Assembly (NCBI RefSeq): GCF_006345805.1 | Contig: NC_042998.1 | Coordinates: 148,862,001-148,926,000, forward strand | Reading direction: 5' to 3' | Source of the DNA: Octopus sinensis | Lineage: Eukaryota | Length of the DNA stretch: 64,000 nucleotides | In this document: piece after piece, positions 52,696-64,000 of the stretch | Numbering within the stretch: the first letter of the stretch is position 1 | How the letters are laid out: each line of letters begins with the position of its first letter | The notes under the pieces: generated by a model | The model's database searches: none | Told to the model about the DNA's origin: nothing | The model's input: only the letters and a program-made list of their open reading frames with translations | Translations under genes and position numbers: made by a program

Positions 52696-54234
52696 TATAA
52701 TTTCAACAATTGAGGGTAAAATTAATTAATTATTAATCAATTTCACCAAGTATTCAGTATGTAAAGGGACCATTATAGGCGAATTCAAAATATTACATTA
52801 TATATAAGGGCTTAGTAAAATAAATTACTTTGCCACATACTGAACTCATTAGAAATAGCAGCTAAAGAAATTTCTTCAGCTATTTCTAATACTTAAAGAA
52901 GATCTCTCTCAGATAGTGTTTGCCTAAACTAACTCACAAAAGTATGGGGGAAAAAACATTAAAAAATCAAGTGCAAAGGTTATTTGAGAACGTACGTTTC
53001 TAGATTAGTCAATTCGACATTTCTTTCTTCAGCTCAGAATTCCTTGAATCGGATTTGGGAACACTGAAAGTCGGGAGCATACCCTTTCGGCTTCTAATCA
53101 CCTCTAGAATTCTGCTCGAACTAAAAGTGCTATCAAATTCGAATATGCAAGCGAAGAATTTCTGCTCTCCCCTTTCCACCAGCGTGGGTTAAAATTGACA
53201 AACACCATGTATTAACGGTGAAAACCGCAGCATTTTACAGAGAAAGATGAATTATAATTTCAACAATTGAGGGTAAAATTAATTAATTATTAATCAATTT
53301 CACCAAGTATTCAGTATGTAAAGGGACCATTATAGGCGAATTCAAAATATTACATTATATATAAGGGCTTAGTAAAATAAATTACTTTGCCACATACTGA
53401 ACTCATTAGAAATAGCAGCTAAAGAAATTTCTTCAGCTATTTCTAATACTTAAAGAAGATCTCTCTCAGATAGTGTTTGCCTAAACTAACTCACAAAAGT
53501 ATGGGGGAAAAAACATTAAAAAATCAAGTGCAAAGGTTATTTGAGAACGTACGTTTCTTGATTAGTCAATTCGACATTTCTTTCTTCAGCTCAGAATTCC
53601 TTGAATCGGATTGGGAACACTGAAAGTCGGGAGCATACCCTTTCGGCTTCTAATCACCTCTAGAATTCTGCTCGAACTAAAAGTGCTATCAAATTCGAAT
53701 ATGCAAGCGAAGAATTTCTGCTCTCCCCTTTCCACCAGCGTCGGTTAAAATTGACAAACACCATGTATTAACGGTGAAAACCGCAGCATTTTACAGAGAA
53801 AGATGAATATAATTTCAACAATTGAGGGTAAAATTAATTAATTATTAATCAATTTCACCAAGTATTCAGTATGTAAAGGACCATTATAGGCGAATTTGAT
53901 AGCACTTTTAGTTCGAGCAGAATTCTAGAGGTGATTAGAAGCCGAAAGGGTATGCTCCCGACTTTCAGTGTTCCCAATCCGATTCAAGGAATTCTGAGCT
54001 GAAGAAAGAAATGTCGAATTGACTAATCTAGAAACGTACGTTCTCAAATAACCTTGGCACTTGATTTTTTAATGTTTTTTCCCCCATACTTTTGTGAGTT
54101 AGTTTAGGCAAACACTATCTGAGAGAGATCTTCTTTAAGTATTAGAAATAGCTGAAGAAATTTCTTTAGCTGCTATTTCTAATGAGTTCAGTATGTGGCA
54201 AAGTAATTTATTTTACTAAGCCCTTATATATAAT
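52696..54234 (-). mobile_element. 557-bp monomer tandem (2 copies plus a partial) joined to an inverted partial copy; one HHR per monomer
   Basis: Starts at 52696, 53253 and 53808; inversion at CGAATT 53891-53896; HHR at 52985-53036(-), 53542-53593(-) and 53995-54046(+). Confidence 0.85.
53995..54046 (+). ncRNA. Type I hammerhead ribozyme motif
   Basis: TGAG-CTGAAGA-aAGAaatGTCgaattGACtaaTCTa-GAAAC-GTAC-GTT|CTCA. Confidence 0.7.
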
Positions 54235-54432
54235 ATATATATATTATATATATGTATATTATGCGCAGGAGTAGCTGTGTGATAAGAAGCTTGCTTCCCA
54301 ACGACATAGTTCCGGGTTCAGTCCCACTGCATGGCACCTTAGACAAGTGATTTCTATTATAGCCTCGGGCTGACCAAAGCCTTGTGAGTGGATTTGGTAA
54401 TCGGAAACTGAAAGAAGTCCCTCGTATATATA

Positions 54433-54466
<34 letters not shown>

Positions 54467-54467
<1 letters not shown>

Positions 54468-55218
54468 GCAATAATAATTCTCTAAATGAGGTATAGACAG
54501 TGACTGCTCCATAATATAAGGGACATTAGCCAACCGAATATGGCTAGGGACAGGGCAGGGTGGTGGGGGTGTCACTGTTGCATTTAGCCCCAGGCGAACA
54601 TCAACGTCACCAGATAGGCCGACGCCATCACGGCGTCCTATATCTTGCAAAGGGAGATCATTCCCCAAGAAGCGGATGCCACACACGGACCTAGGTTTCA
54701 AGGTGTATTGCCTATTATCAACGTGTGGTAGGCACCGCTTCTCGACGAACGACACACCGTGCAAGATATATATAAAGATTTTCAAGTAAATACATTTACT
54801 GATTTCGAGACACCCCCACCACCCTGCCCTGTCCCTAGCCATATTCGGTTGGCTAATGTCCCTTATATTATGGAGCAGTCACTGTCTATACCTCATTTAG
54901 AAAATTATTATTGCTGTCGAACAGATTTTCGAAATCAGTAAATGTATTTACTTGAAAATCTTTTTATATATCTTGCACGGTGTGTCGTTCGTCGAGAAGC
55001 GGTGCCTACCACACGTTGATAATAGGCAATACACCTTGAAACCTAGGTCCGTGTGTGGCATCCGCTTCTTGGGGAATGATCTCCCTTTGCAAGATAAAGG
55101 ACGCCGTGATGGCGTCGGCCTATCTGGTGACGTTGATGTTCGCCTGGGGCTAAATGCAACAGTGACACCCCCACCACCCTGCCCTGTCCCTAGCCATATT
55201 CGGTTGGCTAATGTCCCT

Positions 55219-55223
<5 letters not shown>
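54467..55223 (+). mobile_element. Retrozyme-like element (355-bp monomer) in inverted plus tandem arrangement; sister family of 48211-48840
   Basis: 54467-54808 is the reverse complement of part of 54809-55223; gacaccccc repeats at 54809 and 55164; HHR at 55010-55055(+) and 54682-54727(-). Confidence 0.85.
55010..55055 (+). ncRNA. Type I hammerhead ribozyme, U3-A8 variant
   Basis: CACACG-TTGATAA-tAGG-caataca-CCTt-GAAAC-CTAG-GTC|CGTGTG. Confidence 0.75.
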
Positions 55224-55295
<72 letters not shown>

Positions 55296-55392
55296 TGTAT
55301 ATATATGTATGTATGTATGCGTTTGTTGTTTGTGTCAGTATTTGTTCCCCCAGCTTCGCTTGACAACAAATATTCGTGTATTTACGTCGCCG

Positions 55393-55436
<44 letters not shown>

Positions 55437-55559
55437 TTGAATTTTATACTGTATATATGTATGTTATTATGGTTGGCGTTTTGATAAATAAATATATCAA
55501 CATTTTAATATCCTAAAGCTGATGAACCAACTAATGTGCTTCTCCATTTTCTTATTTGG

Positions 55560-55610
<51 letters not shown>

Positions 55611-55611
<1 letters not shown>

Positions 55612-57226
55612 TGATAAAACGGTAAGATAACAAAAGAAAGAAAGAGACCTCAATATTATGTAAATAGAGGAAATTTATCTATACAATATGTTACATTACT
55701 CGGTAGTCAAGATAAAACTCTGAGTTTCAGATGCCGAAGTGGAAATCCACAACACCATCTCTTCGGTTATCTGGCTATTTGAAAACGTTATGAAAAAATA
55801 CCGTTAAAAATGAAGGGAAATTACTCTGTTATAACTGCTTTGCCTGCGTACTTATACATCGCTCGCATTTTTCGTCATAAAAATTATATAAAAATACATA
55901 AAAATATATAAAAATATATAAAAATATATAAAATCTTCTTGGGACATAACACAGAAAGCATGTTCTATCCGTTTTCTTTAGGGGACCAAAAACGTAACAG
56001 AAATTTAGTCACATGTGGGCATGATCCGAAAAGCTCTGTCCTTGTATTTAGACATGTGGTAGGGTCTAAGCTGCTTTTCCAGATAAGCCATCTCTCCATG
56101 TCGCATAAACCGCACCTTCCGCTGCCGTTAGTGTAGGCTTACATCTGGCCAAAATCTTCCATTGTATGTTATAATCGACACCTTTATCTCTTAAAGACCA
56201 AATATGATTGGATATTGTGTCGCTTTTCTTTTGTTCCAGTGCCTAAAGCTCAAAGTGTGGTTATTGAACCTGGCCTTGAAATTACCCTCTGTCAGGCCCA
56301 CGTATTTCTTCGTCGAAACGGTGTCTTTAGTGGTTATAGAGTTTACGGTAGCTTCATATATGATGGTCTTGGACATGCAAGCTCCATTTAGCGGGCACAA
56401 TTCTTTATTCCTGCATGAACAGCTGTTTTCTTCTTGTGTTTTTTGTATGTTATGATTGATTATGTTTTTAAAATTGGTAGTTGAACTAAAACTAATTTTT
56501 AAATTGTGTCTATTGAAGAGTTTCCTATAAGCATGGTTAACTGGAAAATGTCTATCTATCAGTGCTAGGAAATATTTACCATATTGAAGGCCACCTCGGG
56601 TGAGTAAGGGGGCATAAACCAGATGACCTTCCTATTTCTATTATTCCTTTTCCTTACTGTTGGGCTGGTGATAGGTGTATATTTATTTTTTCGCTAAAAC
56701 CACTATCTTTTAAAGCTTTATTATAAACTGGGGCAACGCTATTGAAGATGTCCTCATTGGATGAGAGGCTAGAAATCCTCTTACTAATATTAACTAAATT
56801 TTTGAATACTATAGGGGGATGGCATGAACCTACATTAATATAACTTAGTCTATCATTGGGCTTCCTATAAGGCTTATAAATATTATTATTAAGATCTAAG
56901 GAAACGTCTAAGAAATTGACAACCGTCAGGTTAGTGTCTATTGTTATACTAAGTCCGAACATGCTTTCTGTGTTATGTCCCAAGAAGATTTTATATATTT
57001 TTATATATTTTTATGTATTTTTATATAATTTTTATGACGAAAAATGCGAGCGATGTATAAGTACGCAGGCAAAGCAGAGTTATAACAGAGTAATTTCCCT
57101 TCATTTTTAACGGTATTTTTTCATAACGTTTTCAAATAGCCAGATAACCGAAGAGATGGTGTTGTGGATTTCCACTTCGGCATCTGAAACTCGGAGTTTT
57201 ATCTTGACTACCGAGTAATGTAACAT

Positions 57227-57233
<7 letters not shown>
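55611..57233 (-). mobile_element. 5'-truncated Penelope-like element with inverted pLTR
   Basis: RT C-terminus VNFLDVSLDL..YKPYRKPND..SCHPP; GIY-YIG CPLNGAC..IIYEATV..YVGLTEGNFKARFNNH; RCGLC..LNTRTEL..CPH; IR 55681-55965 / 56957-57233. Confidence 0.92.
57142..57204 (+). ncRNA. HHR-like motif in the PLE pLTR (also 55710-55772 on the minus strand)
   Basis: AGATAA-CCGAAGA-GATG..CATC-t-GAAA-CTC-g-GAG-TT|TTATCT. Confidence 0.6.
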
Positions 57234-57270
<37 letters not shown>

Positions 57271-57282
57271 ATATATATATAC

Positions 57283-57432
57283 TCTTTTTTTATTCTTTTA
57301 ATTGTTTCAGTCATTTGAGTGCGGCCATGCTGGAGATCCGCCTTTAGTCGAGCAACTCGACCCGGGACTTATTCTTTTTATAAGCCCAGTACTTATTCTC
57401 TCGGTCTCTTTTTGCCGACCGCTAGGTGACGG

Positions 57433-57437
<5 letters not shown>
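57283..57437 (-). mobile_element. SINE family A 3' part
   Basis: tgtttcagtcattt..gccatgctggag..ccgcctttagtcgag..tctttttgccgacc. Confidence 0.75.
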
Positions 57438-57476
<39 letters not shown>

Positions 57477-57477
57477 C

Positions 57478-57660
57478 GGGAAGCTTTATGAAAATAGACA
57501 AAAGACGAAGGCAGGTGGAAAACAAACGAACAATTGTATTAGTATGGCGCTCAGGAAATATAAATAAAACAAGTCTTTAACGTTTCGAGCCTACGCTCTT
57601 CAACAGAAAGATACACAGAGAGAAAAAAACACAGAAAGAAGGAGAGAAAAAAATGCGTGC
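57478..57660 (-). mobile_element. Diverged family H1 copy
   Basis: Reverse complement TCTTT-CTGTTGA-A-GAGC-gtag-GCTC-GAAAC-GTT-AAAGA at 57574-57611. Confidence 0.55.
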
Positions 57661-57843
57661 AGTAGCTAACGAATCAACATGGCGATCTGATTTCGGCCAG
57701 AGGTCAAAGATCAAACATGAGACGCGAGAGCGAAATAAGGGGAGATAATAGGGTTGATAATATGGTTGAAGGACCAGCTAATAGTGCGTAGGAGGGGTCT
57801 GGACGTGTGTATGTATAGGGTTGGTGTATGTATTAGTATGTAT

Positions 57844-57878
<35 letters not shown>

Positions 57879-58436
57879 AGAGAGTATTAGTGCGTAGGAT
57901 TGGTGTGGACGTGCGTATGTATGGGGTTGGTGTATGTATTAGTATGTATTAGTATGTATTAGTACGTATTAGTATGTATACACATATATATATTATATAT
58001 ATACATACACACACACATGGATAATTTAAAGCAAACTGCCAGCACAAATTCAAGACTCGTGCGCGCGCACACACACACACGTACACATGTACATGGGTAA
58101 TTTAACGCAAACTGCCAACAAAAGGAATTCAAGAGTCACACACACGCACACACGTATACACACATACATACACACACAAAACACACAAAATCCAACTTCG
58201 ACAGTAAGTACATTGATAAAGGAAGTCACAACATGAGCGACAATAGGAATGAGGACAAAACAATGACAATAACACAACAACGGAATCAACTAGAAAAACA
58301 ATAAAAATAGTAGTAATAATACAATAATTTCAATACAATAACGAGCATACATACATACATACATACATAAATACATATATATATATATAATATATATATA
58401 TTATAATATATATATATATATGCATGTATGTATATG

Positions 58437-58528
<92 letters not shown>

Positions 58529-58653
58529 GTGTGTATATATATGTATATGTATGTATATTTACATATAAATGTATATGTATATATATAATATATATATATG
58601 CATATTTATATACATATTATATACATATGCATATATATATGTTTATATATATA

Positions 58654-58701
<48 letters not shown>

Positions 58702-58789
58702 GTATGTATGTGTAAATATATGTATCTATCTATCTATCTATCAGCCAATATATGCATATATATACACACTCACACATACAGAAGTTACG

Positions 58790-60635
58790 TCTACAACAAC
58801 GACAGGAATAACATCAAGCAAAACAATAATAATTATTTCAAAAACAATCATAAAAAAGACAAAAGAAAAAGAATCAACGTTGCAAAATTAACATCAACCA
58901 CAACAACAACTGCAACAACAAAAAGTAGAACAACAATAGCAACATCAACAATAAGATCCGACCCTCCATCGCATCCCCTTTTTCCACCGTCAATGGCTGA
59001 CAAGGCCAGCAAACGTCATATTACCAAACACAAGCCGCACGAACGCGGCCATACATCACGCTAACAAATCATAAACAATAATTATTTCACCCACCTCCAG
59101 TACCACCCCGCGCCACTATCGCCACCACTACCGCTGCCACTACCGCCAGCACTATCACTACTGCTGCAACTACAACCAGCGCCCTCTTTGCTAATGCCTT
59201 CACCACTACCACTGCCACCGGTACTACCATAGCCAATGTAACCCGTTCCATCACCACCACCACCACCACCACCACCATTGCCGCTACCCCTATACCGCTA
59301 TCCCCATCACATTGTTTTTCTTTCAGTTGCTGAAATCCAGCGCCAACACCATCTTCATTATGAGCATCACCGGCATCATTATCACCACAAGCCCCACCAA
59401 TATTACCAACATGACTATCACCATCACCATCACCATTGATATCAACACCATTTCCACTGCCATCATTTTTTTATCGCTACCACCACCACCACCACCACCA
59501 TTGTCATTAGCACCAGTATTACCACCATCGCCATCACCACAACCACAACTACAACGACACTACGACGACAACCACCATCATCATCACTATCACCACCACC
59601 ACTACTACTAATAACAATAACAGTAATAAGAACAACATTATAAAATTCACCATCATTTGCATTGACGCAAACAGAAACACCACCACCACCACCACCACCC
59701 ACCACCACCACCACCACCACCACCACCACCACCACCACCACCACCCTTAGCCACGCATCTCCATCTATGAGATATATGTAACGTCTGTGTGTGTAACTTA
59801 GCTCGTGGAACAAAATGCGTAGTGGCATTTCTTCCGGTTTTTTACGGTCTGAGTTCAAATCCTACCGAAGTCAGCTTTGCCTTTCATCTAATACTGCTAC
59901 TATAGCTTGCATGTCACCACCACCACCCCACCCCACCCCACCAAAAACAACAACAACATCAAAAACAATGACATAAACTACAACGATACATTTGCATCAA
60001 CCACCATCCCTGCCACTAGCATTCTGTAACATCCACTATCACTCCCACCACTACCACCAACACCACCACGACTGAGATAATACTACAATACTACAGACAC
60101 CGTCACCACCACCACCACCACTACCAACAACAACAACCAACACCATTTTCTTCATTACTACTACTGCTATCACAACCATCACCGTCACCATCACCTCCCA
60201 GCACCAACGCCACCATAATCTTACTGCTAATGCGTCTACTACTGCCACTACAATTACAACACAGCCAAACAGAACTGGATTAATACCACCACCACTACCA
60301 CCCCAGCCACAACAAGGTGTACCTCCACCATCGCCGCCGCCACCACCACCACCACCACCACCACCACATTCACTTGTCAGATGTACTAATCCCACGGCTG
60401 ACTATTACCATCTCTATCAAAACTGTCATGGTGCCTAATTTAAGCTCCACCACCGCCATTTTGTAGTCGCTCACATACAACAGCAATAACATCACCTCCA
60501 ACACCATAGTCACCATGACCAATACCACCACCACCACCACCACCACCACCACTACCACCACCACCACCACCACCACCACCACCAATACCACTACTGCCGC
60601 CGCTGCCATCATTGTGACCGATTTTAGCACCACCC
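58790..60635. repeat. (ACC/ACA/ACT)n low-complexity region containing a SINE B scrap at about 59800-59890
   Basis: Direct inspection. Confidence 0.85.
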
Positions 60636-61290
60636 TTCCAATTCTATGGTTAAGTCGGTTGTAATATATTTAATGATGTAAGCTAAGATATTTTAATTAC
60701 CATTAGTCCCATGGTGGGGAAGAAAGAGTCATTAAAGTAGTGATTAATTCTCCCTAAAAATGGCATGGTAGATAACCCCGAAATAATTATGGATTCAAAA
60801 GAATTCCCAAGCCATAGAGTGGGAAGTGAATTTGAAGATAACAATGACGGGGAACAACTCCGGGTCTTTTTCTACTCTTCAGCGAATCAATGTCTTGACT
60901 AGTTACTGTCAGACCATGATGACTTGAGATACATGCAACATGTGTGTGTGTGTGTCTGTAGCTTAGGCCAAAATGCGTAGTGATATTTCTTCCGATTCTT
61001 TGCGTTCTGTGTTCAAATCCTGCCGAAGACAGCATTGCCTTCCATCTTTTCAGGGTCGCTAAAATAAAGTACCAGTCATGTAGTATAGTCGATTTGAATA
61101 TTACTATTTTTATTTTTAATTGGCAAAGGTTACAAAGCCGAGAGGTTTGCTTTGTACAGGACTCTCGGCTCTTGAGTCAGATTGTGACTTCTGCCGATTG
61201 AAAACAGGAAAATTTCTATTGCCTTGTTTTCAGTTCTTTATTATTCAGTCGGTACTAGTAAAGACACGTGTACACACACACACACACACA

Positions 61291-61334
<44 letters not shown>

Positions 61335-61939
61335 ATACATACACAATATATATATATTGATTTAAAATTTTGGTACAAAGCCAACTGGTACTTTTTTTAA
61401 AACTTTTTTTTGCGATCCCGAAAGGATGAAAGGTAAAGTTCACCGCAACGGAATTTGAACTCAAAACGTAAAGATGAACGAAATGCTGTTAGACACACTG
61501 TCCACCTCGTGCTAACGATTCTGCTAGGTCACGGCATTCGCACGCGCGCTTGCATACACACACACAAATTCAAAATTAATACTGGACAATGTGATCAATT
61601 AAATGAACAGAGAAACATATTCAGGTACATGCTCTGCATCAATATGATATAGCCAGGCACTACTAAAGTATACAATTTAGTGAAAGGAGACATTTCAATT
61701 TTTTTCTATTGCATCAATAGTGAGGCAAGAATAAATGTCTTATTGAGAAATTCAACTGTAAAAATAGCAGGGGAGACAACCCTTGAAATTTTAATCTATG
61801 TCAACGAAGTGAAATGTAACTGAAAAGAAAAAAAAATCTACTGGTGAAGTATTACCGAGCGTATTGCGTATGTGACTGGCTAGAAGCATGAGCCAATGGG
61901 TGAGCTTGCACGTGATCACATGACCTGTTACAAATATGT

Positions 61940-62145
61940 TTCTTTATTACCCACAAGGGGCTGAACATAGAGGTGACAAACAAGGATAGACAAACGAATT
62001 AAGTTGATTATATCGACTCCAGTGCGTAACTGCTACTTAATTTATCGACCCCGAAAGGATGAAAGGCAAAGTCGACCTCGGCGGAATTTGAACTCAGAAC
62101 GTAACGGCAGATGAAATACGGCTACGCATTTCGCCCGGCGTAGCA
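61940..62145 (-). mobile_element. SINE family B (well preserved); further copies at about 60960-61090(+) and 61365-61525(-)
   Basis: tttatcgaccccgaaaggatgaaaggcaaagtcgacctcggcggaatttgaactcagaacg. Confidence 0.85.
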
Positions 62146-62319
62146 ACCAAATCTTCCTCATTAAATGAATCAACGGAATAAAACATATTAAATATAGTTT
62201 TAGACACCATCTAATAAAATGTTACAGTCACGGTTGGAATGTCTTTGGTGATGAATGCGGCGAAAGACGAAACACAATTGCATTGATCTCAACTTTCACA
62301 GCCATGATGGCTGCTCCAA

Positions 62320-62324
62320 AGTCC

Positions 62325-62355
<31 letters not shown>

Positions 62356-62730
62356 GACACCACTGCTACCGTCATCAACGTTAGAACTGCCATTATCTAC
62401 TGGCATCGCAACTAATACCACTACTATTGCCTGTAACTACCACCAGTACTACCACTGTCACCATCACCCTTATCAGTACTATCACCACAGCGACTGCCAC
62501 CTCTTCTATTACCATCACTAACACTACTACCACCACTACTTTCACAAACACCATACAAACCACCTCAACAACGCCACCATCATTACCAACATCACTATCA
62601 ACGCAACTACATCACCACTACCTCAACTACAACAATCATTAGCACCACCACCAACACCACCAACACCCCTACCACCACCACTAACACCATCGCCACCATC
62701 ATCACCACCTCCACGACGACGACGACGACG

Positions 62731-62762
<32 letters not shown>

Positions 62763-64000
62763 CACCAATACCACAATCAACACCACCATCGTCATCATCA
62801 TCATCACCATCATCATTATCATCAGTAGTAGTACCATTGTCATCATCGTCGCCACAACTACCACTACCATCTTTATCACTCACACCACCTTTCCACCCGG
62901 CTCCCCTCTCCAAAGCCATCCAGCCAACCAGCCAACCAGCCAAACACTGTCGTCACGTCATCACATCTGTCAGAAATGAGGTTTTTGCTTATTTTTTTTT
63001 ACTTCATTTATTTCCTTTCCCCACCCCCTCACATCGCGTCACCTCCACAACACCACTAACTCCACATCCCATCACACTCTTCTCACGTCTCCTTCCTACC
63101 CTTTTACCGTTCTTCAAACCCTCCCCCAATCATTTCCATCTTCACCTCCTTGCACATACCATCCTCCACACCCCCGTAACGTCAAAACCTCTCGAGTAGC
63201 TGCCCCTCACCATTAAAACCCACCACCAACTCCACCAACAATTATTACTGTCTACCGTAAGTCTCCACACCCGTCCTCCCACCGCAATCCGTAACGATGG
63301 TCAGCCCCCCCTTTCCTCATACACTCGTTCCCCCTCCCTCAACATTCTACTAAACTACCTCAACCCTAACCCCGTCACACATCTCTGTACATTCTCCTCT
63401 TGCCCCTATCTATCCTCCATATTACAAAACTCCTTCGTTCTTTTTCGGTTTCTTCTTTATCTTCATCTATCTTTTCTTCCTTTTTGTTCCATCCTTACCA
63501 ATATTTCCACAGTTAGCACCATTTTCTCTACCAGCCTAACTCTACCACCACCACTACCACCGCCATCATCCCCACCATCACCACCATCTCAATGCTACCT
63601 CTACTCTTCCTAAGTCCTCCTACCACTCTTCGCCACAGCACTTACCCCAATCTTTCCGTTTTGGTAACCCCTTCCTCACTCCTTATTCATCCCCACCACC
63701 ATCACCATCCCCACCACCAGTATTTCAGTCTGTCCAGTCCTCCATCATCCTCCACCGCTCCCATTTCTCCATTCTGGTTCTTCTACACCACTCACTCCGC
63801 CACCAATCTTCTTGTTTCCCACCCCTCCTCACAGCCACCGCCTCTACCAGTCGCTGCCAAACACAACTCATTCCACCACCGTTACCCAACTTCCTTTGCG
63901 TCCCGCTCTTCCGTCTGACCCTTCCATTCACATTCACCTCCACCCCCATAACCGCCAAACAACCCACCTCCTTCCTCATCGCCCCCTTTTATGCCGGAAT
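62320..64000. repeat. (ACC)n-rich and C/T-rich low-complexity sequence
   Basis: Direct inspection. Confidence 0.8.

Larger units (their letters stand above)
54262..55395 (+). mobile_element. SINE family A interrupted in its internal (TA)n by the element at 54467-55223
   Basis: 5' half 54262-54424 (gcgcaggagtagctgtgtg..gttccgggttcagtccc..), 3' continuation cgcttgacaac..tttacgtc at 55340-55390. Confidence 0.8.

Noticed and set aside
54178-54215. CTAATGA..GGCAAAG as a second HHR in the 557-bp unit
   Set aside because: G5 and GAAA are absent, and the sequence is one arm of an ordinary hairpin.

Overview
Repeat-saturated, AT-rich animal genomic DNA with no recognisable host exon. The SINE families and the very dense (TA)n/(CA)n/(TACA)n/(ACC)n microsatellites point to an octopus-like cephalopod (inference). 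Almost all ORFs in the track are microsatellite translations. Real coding remnants are all transposon-derived: one Tc1/mariner element with intact 28-bp TIRs, two Penelope-like (RT + GIY-YIG) fragments, several R4/Dong-type LINE fragments, a CR1/L2 scrap and non-autonomous Helitrons. There are also MITEs, many tRNA-derived SINEs and a probable solo LTR. The main unexplained signal is RNA-structural. About eight sequence-distinct families of short tandem or inverted repeats, mostly sitting in (TA)n tracts, carry hammerhead-ribozyme (HHR) motifs. They include (i) retrozyme-like 355-360 bp and 557 bp monomers, (ii) U3-A8 core variants with compensatory stem changes, and (iii) three divergent versions of an apparently non-circularly permuted (pseudoknotted) hammerhead, one repeated once per ~830-bp monomer. 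All ribozyme calls were folded by eye and have not been tested.
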